64,000 bases of DNA from Haliotis rubra (lineage: Eukaryota). Shown piece by piece: positions 37,662 to 51,459 of this stretch. A model generated the notes under the pieces. It was given only the letters and a program-made list of their open reading frames with translations. It did no database searches and was not told the origin of the DNA. The translations under genes were made by a program, and so were the position numbers. The stretch lies in NCBI RefSeq assembly GCF_003918875.1, contig NW_025766814.1:806001-870000 (forward strand), given 5' to 3'. The first letter of the stretch is position 1, and every line of letters begins with the position of its first letter.

Positions 37662-40600
37662 CCCTACCTCTAGATCACCCACTCATACATGAACTCAGTC
37701 TGGCATCAGATACATACCAGCTCGTGTAATATTTATACAGCGCCATGGCAACAGGTATCATATTTAAGAATACTTGAATACAAAATTATATGGATAGGGT
37801 TCATCATATCAATGCTCATCTGTGCATACAAAAACTACATTGACTTTCAGTTGGTAATTTGGTAAGAATCAGCATTATATGATAAAATATCATAGATAGA
37901 ATAAAAAGAGAAATATGTTCACTAACAGAATGGACGATGACAATTCTCATTACATTTTTCATGCTTTGTAATATTTATGTCAGGTTTTAGTCACCAGTTG
38001 TAATTCAATCAGTTCTGAATTGTGCTTAAGTAGTGAAAACAATATGGAGAATAAAAACCGTTTTACAGATGGTAATTTTTTACTGACAACTAATTTGGGT
38101 CTTTTTGTAAGAAGTCAAATGTGGAATTATCATACCACAAAAACTGAATTCAAAACTGACCAACTGTTTTATGCCTGACCTTTGAATTTAACTCCAACCT
38201 TACGTAATATACGTAAGGTTTCAGATCCAAATAGTCCTAGATTTTGACTAGTCATTGTGTCAATAACCAATGGCTTTGTCAAATTGAGCATGCAAATATG
38301 ACTCTACAACTTAACACACATATATAAGTCTTCAACGCCTGAAATCATTAGCGGAAATACATATGTATTTGATTTAGTAGTGGTTTAATACACCTCAGCC
38401 GAAGTTTCCATTAGTGAAACTGACCAAACAAACACAAGCCCCATTCATAGTTGTACACACCAAGCAAGTCTGTCTCATCATCAAGTAAGACCCAATTTGT
38501 CCACAGCATGGGCTCAGGAAATTACCATCTCAACTACGGATGGAGGTCCAGCAGAGGATCGAAAGTGTCCAGACTTGGCTGTGATGACAACGAAAGGGGA
38601 GATTATAAATCGCCTCCTCCCGCTACGCTCCCAAGGGTATCTACTGACAGTTTGGTGGAGATTGGTAGAGATTTATATCTTGAATATATTCATATCTCAG
38701 TAATCACCTCCCTATCATTTCTGCTAACTTCCATTTTTGAAACATGCTTCTCAAATGTATTTATCACAGTCAGAGTTTGTTTGATTTGCTTGGGATGAAT
38801 CTCATTTATCTGGTGCTATCTGTATCGGGTTGTCCAGAAGTGTTATAAGACTGGAACAGTGGAGTTTTCATTATCTAGACCCTCTCCAGAACCTCATTAA
38901 TCTGGACCTTCACACTGAAACATTGCCACCAGAACTGAATTGATTTGATATTAAACACTTTAATGGTAATCTTCTGAATTTGAAGATATTCACTAAAATG
39001 TTTCAATGTCATTATTCCAGCATCTTGCTGATGAGGACAGCTTTTCAAGATGCTAACTGTTTAAAAGACCCCATTTGGACATAATTAGATACTTTAAATA
39101 ATGGTTATTTTGTACATTATTTAAATGGGATATTATTGAGAGAAAGTGGACTTTGAAAGCTGTTCACGAGGACTATGTGCCATTGTGTTCGCCAAACGGA
39201 TAAAGGAATGGGTCATCAAGCTGAAGGACTGGGGTTTATTCTTCACATGGATACACTGTCTGCAGCCTATTCATGGAGTCCCCTATCATGCTATGCCTGG
39301 AATGTTGCCTAGGAAACATAAATACATATTTTCTGATCTGTCATTAATACAATACATCAGTGAAAGTGTAAGTATATGTACAAAGAAGCAACAAAACACT
39401 TTCCACATCCATATGAAATCTCTGCTAAAAGCCGAGTCGATTGTACAATTGTGACTATATCATGAGCATATATTTGTTTAAGCATTATTACAGCTGTACA
39501 ATGTTGTTTGTAAGCAAATCAAATCTTGACCAGACAATCCAGTGATTGTCAACATGTGATATGATGACAGAGAATGTGTTTATGAACCACTATGAAATAG
39601 TGATGATATCAGGTGTTCGTGAAAAGGTGAGCATATCCTGCCCCAGCGGTGGCACATATCATAAACACATGCTACGTCCAGTAAATTGTTCACCTGAAAT
39701 AATTTGTGAATGTATGGTATAAGTCAAAATAGGGAATTGCATCAGACATCATTTTGACGCTGATGCACCGCAAGATATCTCCGCTGACAGCAGAGTAGAT
39801 TTATGGTTCCATCTATATCAAAAGCATGCAATTAAAAATTGATGATACACTGTTTTCGCAAAAAGGTCGGCATATTGTCCCCACAAACTGCACCCACTGC
39901 AAAAGAATTGCAATATTGTGAATGATTTATTTTGCATTTAGATATTGGACTATTCATTTCTGGGGCATATACTACGGATATGTTTTCCTTTGTTATAAAG
40001 TTTGTAGTAAAACTTCACAACTTGTTTCCTCGAATATGAAGAAAAACAAGAAAAAAACTAAATCAACATTTACATTTTTTGTATGCAACTTTGGCACATT
40101 AAATTGTGAAAAAGAGTCACCCATTTAAAAAAATTAAAAACAGTTGTTGAGTGCAAAAGTGATATTCTTGATAAAACATTTTTAAAAATTTCTCCTTCCT
40201 TTCACAACTGCAGGCACTCATAACCTAAACCGAAGAATTTTCACTTAGGGAATATCTCACCGGAATCCATAGAATGCTTTCTATGAGCCCTGCAGCGATT
40301 CTGCTGGGGCGTTAAGCGCTGAGAACAAACAACATGCTCCTATTAAGGAGAAACTGTTATCAAATATGGTGAATATACTGCGCCTGTTTAAACAACCCGT
40401 ACATCATTTCAAAAGGAAGACCCATCCACAGAGATGCTGGTACTTACAACAGACATGCAACCTGTAATAGCACTGGTCCTGCAACAGCTACTTTGATCAT
40501 ATTCATAAACTCACTCATACTTACAATGTTCTGAGTTATTGCAAGTTCGGAGGAAAAATCAAATTATAGATAAATGCAGCGAGCACGCTGTGGGTGAAAG

Positions 40601-42269
40601 CTGTAAGACTTATGTTGTCTGGTGTGGCAAAATGACCCAGTTTTTAAAGCAAAAGTGGTTTGAAGGATGGCTTTTGAGCGTCTGAAATTACTGTCGTAAA
40701 TATTTTCATGATTTGATCAATAAGAAGAGGAGGTACGACGACAGAAAGTGCCAGGAGGTAAAATGTGATTGCCCCTTCAAAATCTTCAAAAGAGGAAAGA
40801 TGAAGAAAGCTTTGGCGACATGATATATTTGAGTTCTATATCAGTGTCTACTTTCAAGGGTCACCTCACTATGTATATCTCTGTATAATTAGCAAGTCGA
40901 CCAAACTCTATTTTATCATAATTGCAAGCCGGGAAGTGCAGAGCTGCAGTATAGAGAAATAGCACCCTAGAGAAAAACTGCAGCTATAGCAATTACGGAG
41001 TGTTCCAGGCAAACAAAATGTCGCACAAGTTAATGACAAATGTTGCTGGAGTCAACACCATCTAATGACCAAAGCTAGAGGCAGTTCTCCCTCTGTAGTG
41101 CTGTCATCAGCAGATGTCACTAGTGGGTTAGAACAAATGGTTGTATGTTTCGAGATTGATTGCATTGTTACCATATTGGTAGAGTTGATCTTTACAAAGT
41201 CCCACAGTCCAAAGATCACCTCTGTTCTTCAAACGGCCTGAATTATTTCTGGCATTGTGTCTTGAAGATATCATTAAGTTATCAGTGCCATTGCAACTTG
41301 TTGAATTATTAAATCGGCAATTATCAGACAGGCTGTTTTCACAGTCAGACAATCCTGGTTGAATATGAGTTTTGGTATGGACTGAAGGTGTCCTCAGTTT
41401 GGGAATGAAGCAGACTCTTTGTAAAGAAACCAATAGTGCACTAAACTGGGACAAAGTGTACAGAAATTGCAAGATTGATTAAAGTCACATAAAACTATCT
41501 GTACTTGTCTGAAATATCATGGTCATCAGTCTATCGGTTCATAATAGCCCCAATTACCCAGACACAGGGTCTCAGTTCCATGGTATGATAATTACAACAT
41601 TTAGAAAGGCACTGGCACCAGACCATGCACCAAAGTGACCTTTTAAGCACCATTCATTATCATTAGGCACCAATTCATTCAAAATGTAACAGAGCCAAAT
41701 TTAGACAATTGCCCGAGGCTGCCATAATGGTAGGGATATTTCAACCCAAAGAAGGCTGTAATAAAAGTTCCACAGAGGTCAAACACAGCTAGATCAAACA
41801 TATCCCAGACTAAAAATTCCAAGGGTAATATCACACAAACCAGGCTAAAAATAAAACCTAACCCAGATCAAACACAACCTAGATCAAACAAAATCTACAC
41901 CAAGCTGAACCTTTACCAAACATAACCTTTCCTTTAGTAACTCTGATCCTCATCAAACATGAACTTCAGCAATTATATCCTTCATCCCGCAGGACCTTAA
42001 CCAAACATGACCTTAACCAAACATGACCTCAGATGAACAAGCATTATCTACACCACAAGATGCCAAATTTGAATTCTTGAAGAAGTCATGTCTGTATTTT
42101 CGTAACTTTAGGACGTTCCAGAGTAATGATGACAAGATACTTGCCAGTTGCCAGTCCTGGCAACTTAATCCAAGTCATTGTCTCCTGGAACTGACTATGA
42201 CATGATGGATCAAGAATTTAATGATTACCATGATTGCAGACACACATGGCACATATTACACTGTCTGGA

Positions 42270-44133
42270 TCTTGACAGTAATACCAGACAGTGACATGCT
42301 ATTCCCCTTCTGTAGACTTTCTTTGTAAATATCTCAGAGTACCTTGGCTGTAATAACAGACAGTGACATGCTATTCCCCTTCTGTAGACCTTCTTTGTAA
42401 ATATTTCCGAGTACCTTGCCAGTAATAACAGACAGTGACATGCTATTCCCCTTCTGTAGACCTTCTTTGTAAATATCTCAGAGTACCTTGGCTGTAATAC
42501 CAGACAGTGACATGCTATTCCCCTTCTGTAGACTTTCTTTGTAAATATCTCAGAGTACCTTGGCTGTAATACCAGACAGTGACATGCTATTCCCCTTCTG
42601 TAGACTTTCTCTGTAAATATTTCAGAGTACCTTGGCTGTAATACCAGACAGTGACATGCTATTCCCCTTCTGTAGACTTTCTTTGTAAATATCTCAGAGT
42701 ACCTTGGCTGTAATACCAGACAGTGACATGCTATTCTCCTTCTGTACATCTTCTTTGTAAATATCTCAGAGTACCTTGACAGTAATACCAGACAGTGACA
42801 TGCTATTCCCCTTCTGTACATCTTCTTTGTAAATATCTCAGAGTACCTTGACAGTAATACCAGACAGTGACATGCTATTCCCCTTCTGTACATCTTCTTT
42901 GTAAATATCTCAGAGTACCTTGGCTGTAATACCAGACAGTGACATGCTATTCCCCTTCTGTACATCTTCTTTGTAAATATCTCAGAGTACCTTGACAGTA
43001 ATACCAGACAGTGACATGCTATTCCCTTCTGTACTTTCTTTTGTAAATATCTCAGAGTACCTTGACAGTAATACCAGACAGTGACATGCTATTCCCCTTC
43101 TGTGTAATACCAGACAGTGACATGCATATCTTCTTTGTAAATATCTCAGAGTACCAGACAGTGACATCTATTCCCCTTCTGTAGACTCTTCTTTGTAAAT
43201 ATCTCAGAGTACCTTGACAGTAATACCAGACAGTGACAGCTATTCCCCTTCTGTACATCTTCTTTGTAAATATCTGTACCTTGACAGTAATACCAGACAG
43301 TGACATGCTATTCCCCTTCTGTACATCTTCTTTGTAAATATCTCAGAGTACCTTGACAGTAATACCAGACAGTGACATGCTATTCCCCTTCTGTACATCT
43401 TCTTTGTAAATATCTCAGAGTACCTTGACAGTAATACCAGACAGTGACATGCTATTCCCCTTCTGTACATCTTCTTTGTAAATATCTCAGAGTACCTTGA
43501 CAGTAATACCAGACAGTGACATGCTATTCTCCTTCTGTACATCTTCTTTGTAAATATCTCAAAGTACCTTGACAGTGACAGTGACATGCTATTCTCCTTC
43601 TGTACATCTTCTTTGTAAAATATCTCAGAGTACCTTGACAGTAATACCCAGACATGTGACATGCTAGTTCAGTGACATGCTATTCCCCTTCTGTACATCT
43701 TCTTTGTAAATATCTCAGAGTACCTTGACAGTAATACCAGACAGTGACATGCTATTCCCCTTCTGTACATCTTCTTTGTAAATATCTCAGAGTACCTTGA
43801 CAGTAATACCAGACAGTGACATGCTATTCCCCTTCTGTACATCTTCTTTGTAAATATCTCAGAGTACCTTGACTGTAATACCAGACAGTGACATGCTATT
43901 CCCCTTCTGTACATCTTCTTTGTAAATATCTCAGAGTACCTTGACAGTAATACCAGACAGTGACATGCCATTCCCCTTCTGTACATCTTCTTTGTAAATA
44001 TCTCAGAGTCTTTGATAGTAATAAATATCTCTATATAAATATCTCAGAGTACCTTGACAGTAATACCAGACAGTGACATGCCATTCCCCTTCTGTACATC
44101 TTCTTTGTAAATATCTCAGAGTACCAAGACAGT
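42270..44133. repeat. 72-bp minisatellite, ~26 copies
   Basis: Unit ccttgacagtaataccagacagtgacatgctattccccttctgtacatcttctttgtaaatatctcagagta; period 72 (42271 to 42343). Confidence 0.98.
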
Positions 44134-44376
44134 CAATGAGCTCTTGGTCCCATGGACAAAGTACTTTTTGTGCTGCAGTATGTGTATGTAATGTAATGGA
44201 GGTAAATCATCTTAGCACTAAGAAAGCTTGAAGTAACTGGCCCTGGACATTTTTTAGACCTGTTCAGGCAGGTTTCATCATTTGTGGATGACTCTTGTAT
44301 TCATCACTTTATTACCTGACTAAGCAATTCAACAACAGTACGCATACTGTCCCTAACAGATAACTTGACAAACTGA

Positions 44377-44503
44377 AACACTTCAGATACCTGCACAACA
44401 TATTCAACAGCCAGCAACACTTCACATACCTGCACAGCATATTCAACAGCCAGCAACACTTCAGATACCCGCACAACATATTCAACAGCCAGCAATACTT
44501 CAT
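44377..44503. repeat. 39-bp tandem repeat, 3 copies
   Basis: aacacttca(g/c)atacc(t/c)gcaca(a/g)catattcaacagccagc occurs three times. Confidence 0.92.
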
Positions 44504-46093
44504 CATGTTTCTGACAACACAAGTAAAAATCCTGACCTTTACTAATTATCTGTGAACTATTGGTGATAATTCTTGTGACAATATAGCTCACGAGGTTTTC
44601 AGGAAATTCTCCAAAAGCCAACATCAAATCTCTCCATCATGATGTCCTGCATTATTGGTTGGTGCCAAGCAGTGACACTCAACAGATTCCTCCAGGGTTT
44701 GACCTGGTGATTTGAATCTAAAGTCCAGACATTGTAATTGAAGTGTTTAGTGTAAAACGGAGACATTGTTTTTAACATAACACTAATGTGAAAGATGTCT
44801 GTGATAATTCTCTATTTGTACATAAACCATATATTTCCATGATTGTTTGTTTTTATGTGAACTATTGACTTGCCTTTTCAAGTGTTTGTGATGGTTGGAT
44901 GAGCCAACCTACTTATACCTGATATCAGTTCTGTTTGACAGAGTATAAAAAAACACGTCTATGGTATGGTCAGAATCATACAACTGAATTGGCTTTTAGC
45001 CAAGGTTTCTTATGATTGTGGAAATACCAAACTAGAATTTTGTTGAGTGTCAGTAAACATCAACACATCTCGGTACCTTGGCAACAATGACGGTCCTCTG
45101 GATTCAATATGGAAAAATAATCTGCTGTTTTCACCTAATGATCATACTGACAAATGTCCACAACAAATATTCTAAGAAATAAAAACACTAACAGTTCCAT
45201 TGGGAAATATATTTCGCTTTTGCAAAAATCGTAGTTCATCCACGTTCAGGAATTAATGAATCATACATTATAATGGATACGACTTTTTAAGCATAGAAGA
45301 AATGTATCATGTTACAACCAATTCAGTATCTCAAATTAAAATTTCATCTGTACTTGTTTCCGGACATGTTGATCAGCGTGACATGGTGAAAATGTGAGAG
45401 TTGTATGTCAGATGTGTACAGGCTTGTCCAATAGATGGTGCTCATGTACCTCATCACAGCTAGTGCTTGACGTGAAGCATCGAAACATATCCAGCATATC
45501 TAAATGACAGTGATAACTCACACTTAGGGTATGGCACATTGATGCCTATATACAAAGGTTACGAAAGACAGTGCAGAACTACATGTAATCTTTTTGTGAT
45601 TGACAATGAGAGATGCAATCAAACAATGATAGGAGGATCTATCACACAAAAACACAGATAGGATCCTTTTCAGTCAGCAGGAAAAAATGTAAAAAATTCG
45701 TAGAAATTTAAAGAATCCTAAATGTTGATAAAATATTCATTGAAATAGAGAGTAAGCGAAAAGTGTTGTAAATGAGAACTGAGACATTGTCAGCTTCCTT
45801 GTTCTTGAGTTGATGAATTTCATCTGAATTTGTGAGCAGGCTAGGTCAGATGGCCACCTGCTTTTTTTACACTTGTTTGACTATTTTGATAGATTCTTTT
45901 AAGATCTATTGTGACCTCACAGAAGAAGACAACAAATTTGCAGTTTGTAGGCAATACTTCAAAGGAACTTAACCATGTAAACTTGGCCTCCAATGAAATG
46001 CATCATTTGCAATTGTGGATGTTTAATGGTTCTGGTGATTGTATTGGCGTTTCCTTATGTTACTCTACCAGTGAGATGTTTCTCCACCAGTGA

Positions 46094-46340
46094 GACCGCC
46101 TCTGTGGTCAAGTAGATTGAGCAGAGGGTTGATCTCTATTAGAGCTATATAAAAAGATGGTTAAAGAGGACACTTGGTGCATGGCGATAAAGGAATAAAG
46201 AATGGACTGGCTGGCTTGGGGTCAGTATACTGAGACTAAATCTGGCACTAGTATAACAAGCAGTCATGCATGCATGCACTGACACAAGCACACAAACAAA
46301 CACACACACACACATATCTCTCTCTCCCTCTCACACACAC
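46094..46340 (+). mobile_element. Highly diverged V-domain SINE with AC/TC microsatellite
   Basis: ggactggctggcttggggtcagtata and acaagcag followed by an AC tract parallel the 14257 element. Confidence 0.5.
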
Positions 46341-46599
46341 ATTGAAATAAGAATGGCATGTAATGAAATTACATCTCTTACACATAGTGAACTGTGAGAT
46401 CATCTTGTTCAGCAGGTTACACAAAATAATTTGTAATGAGCATTCTTTGCAGTCACAATCTAAAGTAACCCCATAAATAATAACATAAATATAACTACAA
46501 TAAATCTGTCTGTAAACACTTATATGAACATCGAGAGCAGTAGAAATCTATAAACAACTGTTCAACATTTACCAAAAAGAAATGTTCATTTAATGACCT

Positions 46600-47650
46600 C
46601 TACCTTCATCTTTAGCACATCCATGTCCATCAGTGACGAAATGTACACCTAGTGATTTCTACCTTCATCATATCACGTCCATGTCCATCAGTGACGAAAT
46701 GTACACCTAGTGATTTCTACCTTCATCATAGCACGTCCATGTCCATCAGTGACGAAATGTACACCTAGTGATTTCTACCTTCATCATAGCACGTCCATGT
46801 CCATCAGTGACGAAATGTACACCTAGTGATTTCTACCTTCATCTTTAGCACATCCATGTCCATCAGTGACGAAATGTACACCTAGTGATTTCTACCTTCA
46901 TCATAGCACGTCCATGTCCATCAGTGACGAAATGTACACCTAGTGATTTCTACCTTCATCATAGCACGTCCATGTCCATCAGTGTAGAAATGTACACCTA
47001 GTGATTTCTACCTTCATCATAGCACGTCCATGTCCATCAGTGTAGAAATGTACACCTAGTGATTTCTACCTTCATCATAGCACGTCCATGTCCATCAAAG
47101 ATAAAATGTACATCTAGTAAACTCTACCTTCATCTTTAGTATGGCCATGTCCATTAATGAAGAAATGTACATCTAGTAATTTCTATCTTCATCATAGCAC
47201 GTCCATGTCCATCAGTGTAGAAATGTACACCTAGTGATTTCTACCTTCATCATAGCACGTCCATGTCCATCAAAGATAAAATGTACATCTAGTAAACTCT
47301 ACCTTCATCTTTAGTATGGCCATGTCCATTAATGAAGAAATGTACATCTAGTAATTTCTACCTTCATCTTTAGCACGTCCATGTCCATCAGTGAAGAAAT
47401 GTACACCTAGTGATTTCTACCTTCATCATAGCACGTCCATGTCCATCAAAGATAAAATGTACATCTAGTAAACTCTACCTTCATCTTTAGCACTATCTTC
47501 ATCATGTCCCCATCAGTGAAGAAATGTACATCTAGTAAACTCTACCTTCATCTTTAGCACATCCATGCCCATCAATGAAGAAATGTACATCTAACAATCT
47601 CTACCTTCATCGTTAGCACATCCACGTCCAACAATAAAGAAATCTACGAC
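46600..47650. repeat. 58/59-bp minisatellite, ~18 copies, with a trimeric higher-order block
   Basis: Unit ctaccttcatcatagcacgtccatgtccatcagtgacgaaatgtacacctagtgattt; starts at 46600, 46659 and 46717. Confidence 0.97.
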
Positions 47651-47997
47651 TTCCTCTCATGCAGACAACTTGAACAAGAAATCTACACCTGGCGCTGGAC
47701 ATAACACAACTGGAATTCAGACAAATAGCGTCTAACATGTCTACAGCAGATAGATCCCCTGTTAACTGGACACTGAAAGGTTACCAGGAAGCTTGTGTAT
47801 TTCCAAGTGTCATAGACACAGTGTAATGCACACATACCTACACAGACTCAGCAACAAGCAACAGATGATAAACTACTGCAAGGAGGGGGTTGGGGGGAGT
47901 TGGAATCAGGAGGGATTGTTGTTTGGTAGGAATGAGGGTGGTGATTGGGTGTGGATGGGAGGGGATGGGTGTGGTGATGTGTATCAGGAATGGAGGA

Positions 47998-48179
47998 GTG
48001 AGTGAGCGAGTTTAGTTTTATGCCTCACTCAGAAATATTCAAGCTATCCAGTGATCAACATCATGAACATCGATCTACGCAATTGGGATATGGTGACATG
48101 TATCTACCAGGCCAGTGAGGCTGAGCTACCGATCCTGTTAGCTGCTGCTGATCAATTCTAACCCAGATCTTCACAGGTC
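47998..48179 (-). mobile_element. SINE-A with internal deletions
   Basis: Imperfect TSD caggaatg(g/a)agga; both termini present. Confidence 0.87.
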
Positions 48180-48657
48180 CAGGAATGAAGGATGTTTGTG
48201 ATGTCATGAGAGTATCGTAGTATTGTCTGCTCACATTCAACTTAAAAAATTGGTTATCATAAGGCCTGACAACATGGAACTGCCTAGGGTGGGAAGGCAG
48301 TGTTAGAAAAAGTCAGGAACTGAAACCAACAGAAAAATTATAGCTTAGCCTCAAGTTTGAAACCCCTAAAAACCTGTCTGATGGTGTTGCTTGATATCTT
48401 TAATTAAAAACTTGTTTCCAACAAAATAATCCCCAATCTGGCATCAGCTACTGTGATATTTCACAAAGATGCTAAACCATCATAAAATAAAAATCACGCA
48501 TCACAAAAGAACATACACTTTATCATCAATTTCAATCATTCCTAAACTATTCATACCTTTGCCAATAGGTCTAAAATAATCAAACTGCTTTAAAAATTAA
48601 ACTGAAGAATTCTGAGAATTTGAAGAACGACATGAGTTCTACAGAAGATATCCAAGA

Positions 48658-48823
48658 CTGACTGACTGAGTTTGGTTTTACGAAGATTTTAGCAATATTC
48701 CAGCAACATCACGGCGGGGGACACCAGAAATGGGCTTCACACATTGTACCCATGTGGGGATTCGAACCCGGGTCTTCGGTGTGACGAGCCAAGGCTTTAA
48801 CCATTAGGCTACCCCACCGCCCC
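48658..48823 (-). mobile_element. SINE-B, full length, CAGT-tail subfamily
   Basis: Perfect 12-bp TSD agatatccaaga at 48646-48657 and 48824-48835. Confidence 0.97.
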
Positions 48824-51069
48824 AGATATCCAAGAGAACACCATGGCGCAGGACACAGTGTTAACTCCATAGACAAGAATATCCGCTAACAGCCATTCTT
48901 GTAGCTTCTTGGTAGCTATTAAATAATATTGCAAGTGAGGTCAATGTTATTGAATAATTGATTTCAATTCACATCTTTTCAGTAATGTGAAACTTGGTTA
49001 ACAGAATCTTTTCCATTTCTCTCCAAGAGACTGTTGTCAGAAATTGGTAATGTAGTGTTTATTGGATTTTGACGAGAAGAGAATAAACATTGTGTGGAAA
49101 TCATGTTTATACAATAAACACACGTGTCATGTCGTGACCCTTTCTTCAACAAGTTAACCTTGCCATCAGTCCCTATCAGAATTTCTCTACAGACGGTTGT
49201 TTTCTCCAACAACATTACACGCCTAGTGAGAGTTGTTCATGAGACCTGTGCACTTCAATCTGATGCTTGACTTGGGATGAAATATTAAATAAATATAGGT
49301 GTGAACTGACTAAACAGTTTGTCAGCTTGTATTTGTAACAGGCTGTAGTTGCTTAAACTAACATGGCAATGATTATAATAAAGTGGGTCTTAATGGCATT
49401 TAGAAGTGATACACAGAAGGAAGAGGATTTTTATGGATGTCAACTTGTTTATTATGAGAACACAACATTTCGGAGTATAATAAAGCGAACAAAGATTATT
49501 TTTTTATTTGACCTTTTGGATAAATTTTTAACATTAAGAACCTTTCCAAATTATATATTAAATTATGTTTTTCGCTGCAGATTAACAGCCTCTTAAGAAA
49601 TAAGATGTGTGAAATGAGACAACTTGATACCCAATTCACAATTATTTCAGAAACGTCACTTTATTACTACCGAAAAAAAGAGTTCAGTTATTTAAAAAAA
49701 TATGCTAAAACCAGCAGACAAAACATAAATTTAAATTACCAGTAAACAAAATTGACAAGCAAACATTTTAGGTTCATATTGCATATTTTGTAGTCAAGAT
49801 AGAAATTTCATCTTATAATGCATGTACAAGTTGGTAATATCTGTTAAATTCATTTATTACACACATGTTCTGAATATTTTTATGACATAATTTTGGTTAT
49901 TTGAAACTGGTGTTGTGTAACCAGTTGGAAGTTATCCAACAAGTGTTGTGTAACCAAACTAGGTTATTCAACAATTGTGACATCATCGTAATGCCGAACG
50001 ATCGTGACATCACAATGCTGAACTTTCTGTTGCCACCTCGATATTTTAAATTAACATTATAATTCCATTCAAGCAGTTTTTGACCAAAACTATCAACCAA
50101 ACAAAACATTAGGTTTGGGGATAATAAAAATTCAATTTAAATGTCCTGGGGATTAGCATTTTTTTTCAATTGAATATTTCTAATTTTCATCTATAAAGTA
50201 GTCACTACATTTTTATCTCCCTTTCATTTTGTTTACATCCGGCATTGTCTGCTTAATTTGTCATCATGGATCACACTGTTTTCCTGTCCTGTGTGTAATA
50301 AAAAGATCACAAAACTCATGGATGTTGAATAGGAAAATATTTCAATTCAATATACCCACTCGTTTTGTAATAGCTATGTATACTGTAATGTGATATTTGT
50401 ATTTTATCAAAGTTTGGGATGTTCCTGATAAGAATCTAGTTCTCAACAACGTTTAGAGTTTAACTAATGACTAAATGGATCAAGTGACAAGGAATGGGGA
50501 CATGGTTGATGTATTCCAATTACATGGAATTGGTCACAACATTGATCACTGGATTGTCTGGTCCACACTCCATTATGTACTGACAGACACCAGTGCAGCA
50601 ACAAACAAACAAAAACCTACAAAATCTCACAAAACACAGGTTATATTATTTCCCGTCCAGAGACGAGGCTTCACAGTTGGTCCTCAAACTCATGTTTCAG
50701 TGACAGGATCACAAGAATGATAATGCTTGTAAGGTCAAAAGGAGTTTTATTTATTTTTTCTAAACAAGAAAACAGATCACTGACTTTTTTCAAGCACATA
50801 AAAGACAGCGAGACACTTTGCGCTACAGCACATTAAAAACTGCAATTTAAAATATTCCATGTAAAACTTTTCTCATTCCCCCGGATACTTAGTCCAACAG
50901 ATATCCAGCCCATTAATCTAAGAATATTATATCCTGAAAATGTAATGTCCATAATTGTGTTTCAATAATGCAATCTCCTTCACAGTCTACAGTCCAACCT
51001 CCTCACAATACCCATATATGTTCTGTAAAACTGGCTGTACCACCCCAAGTTTCGAGAATGAATATCCTC

Positions 51070-51459
51070 TAGGGCTGCGCAATATAACCGGTTTACCAGT
51101 ATTTACCGGTTCAGACATGAAAACGATACGTATTGCGATACGCTGATCGAAAACCGGTATTTTGACTTGCATTCTGAAAACTTCGTAACACTCGGAAATC
51201 TTCGGATATTTCCTTTTTTCATTTGTGCCAAATATTATTCACATTTTTATTTTTAATCATGAATAAAAGTTGTTATTAAAGCTTAATCAAGCATAGTGAT
51301 TTTGCTGTGTATTTGCTCTATAAATCAAGCATTACCTCGATTATAAGTAGTTTTTTGTGTAAAAATACTTCATGCAATATATTGCATTACATATCGCAAT
51401 ACATGCTTTCGCGTCGCAATATATCGCAATATAAAAATTCTCTGCAATGCCCACCCCTA
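51070..51459. mobile_element. hAT-type non-autonomous element (390 bp)
   Basis: Termini tagggctg / cacccccta-like; perfect 8-bp TSD atatcctc at 51062-51069 and 51460-51467; CpG-rich subterminal repeats (accggt, tattgcgata, tatcgcaata). Confidence 0.92.

Noticed and set aside
41128-41472. 114-aa minus-strand ORF resembling a low-complexity terminal exon
   Set aside because: Weak acceptor, no recognisable homology and no partner exons found.
42225-43986. Long minus-strand ORFs (246, 140, 105 aa) of Cys/Arg-rich repeats
   Set aside because: They are translations of the 72-bp minisatellite; the frame is broken by deletions and there is no unique coding flank.
46600-47650. CRISPR-like reading of regularly spaced repeats
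   Set aside because: The units are contiguous with no unique spacers; eukaryotic context and no cas genes.
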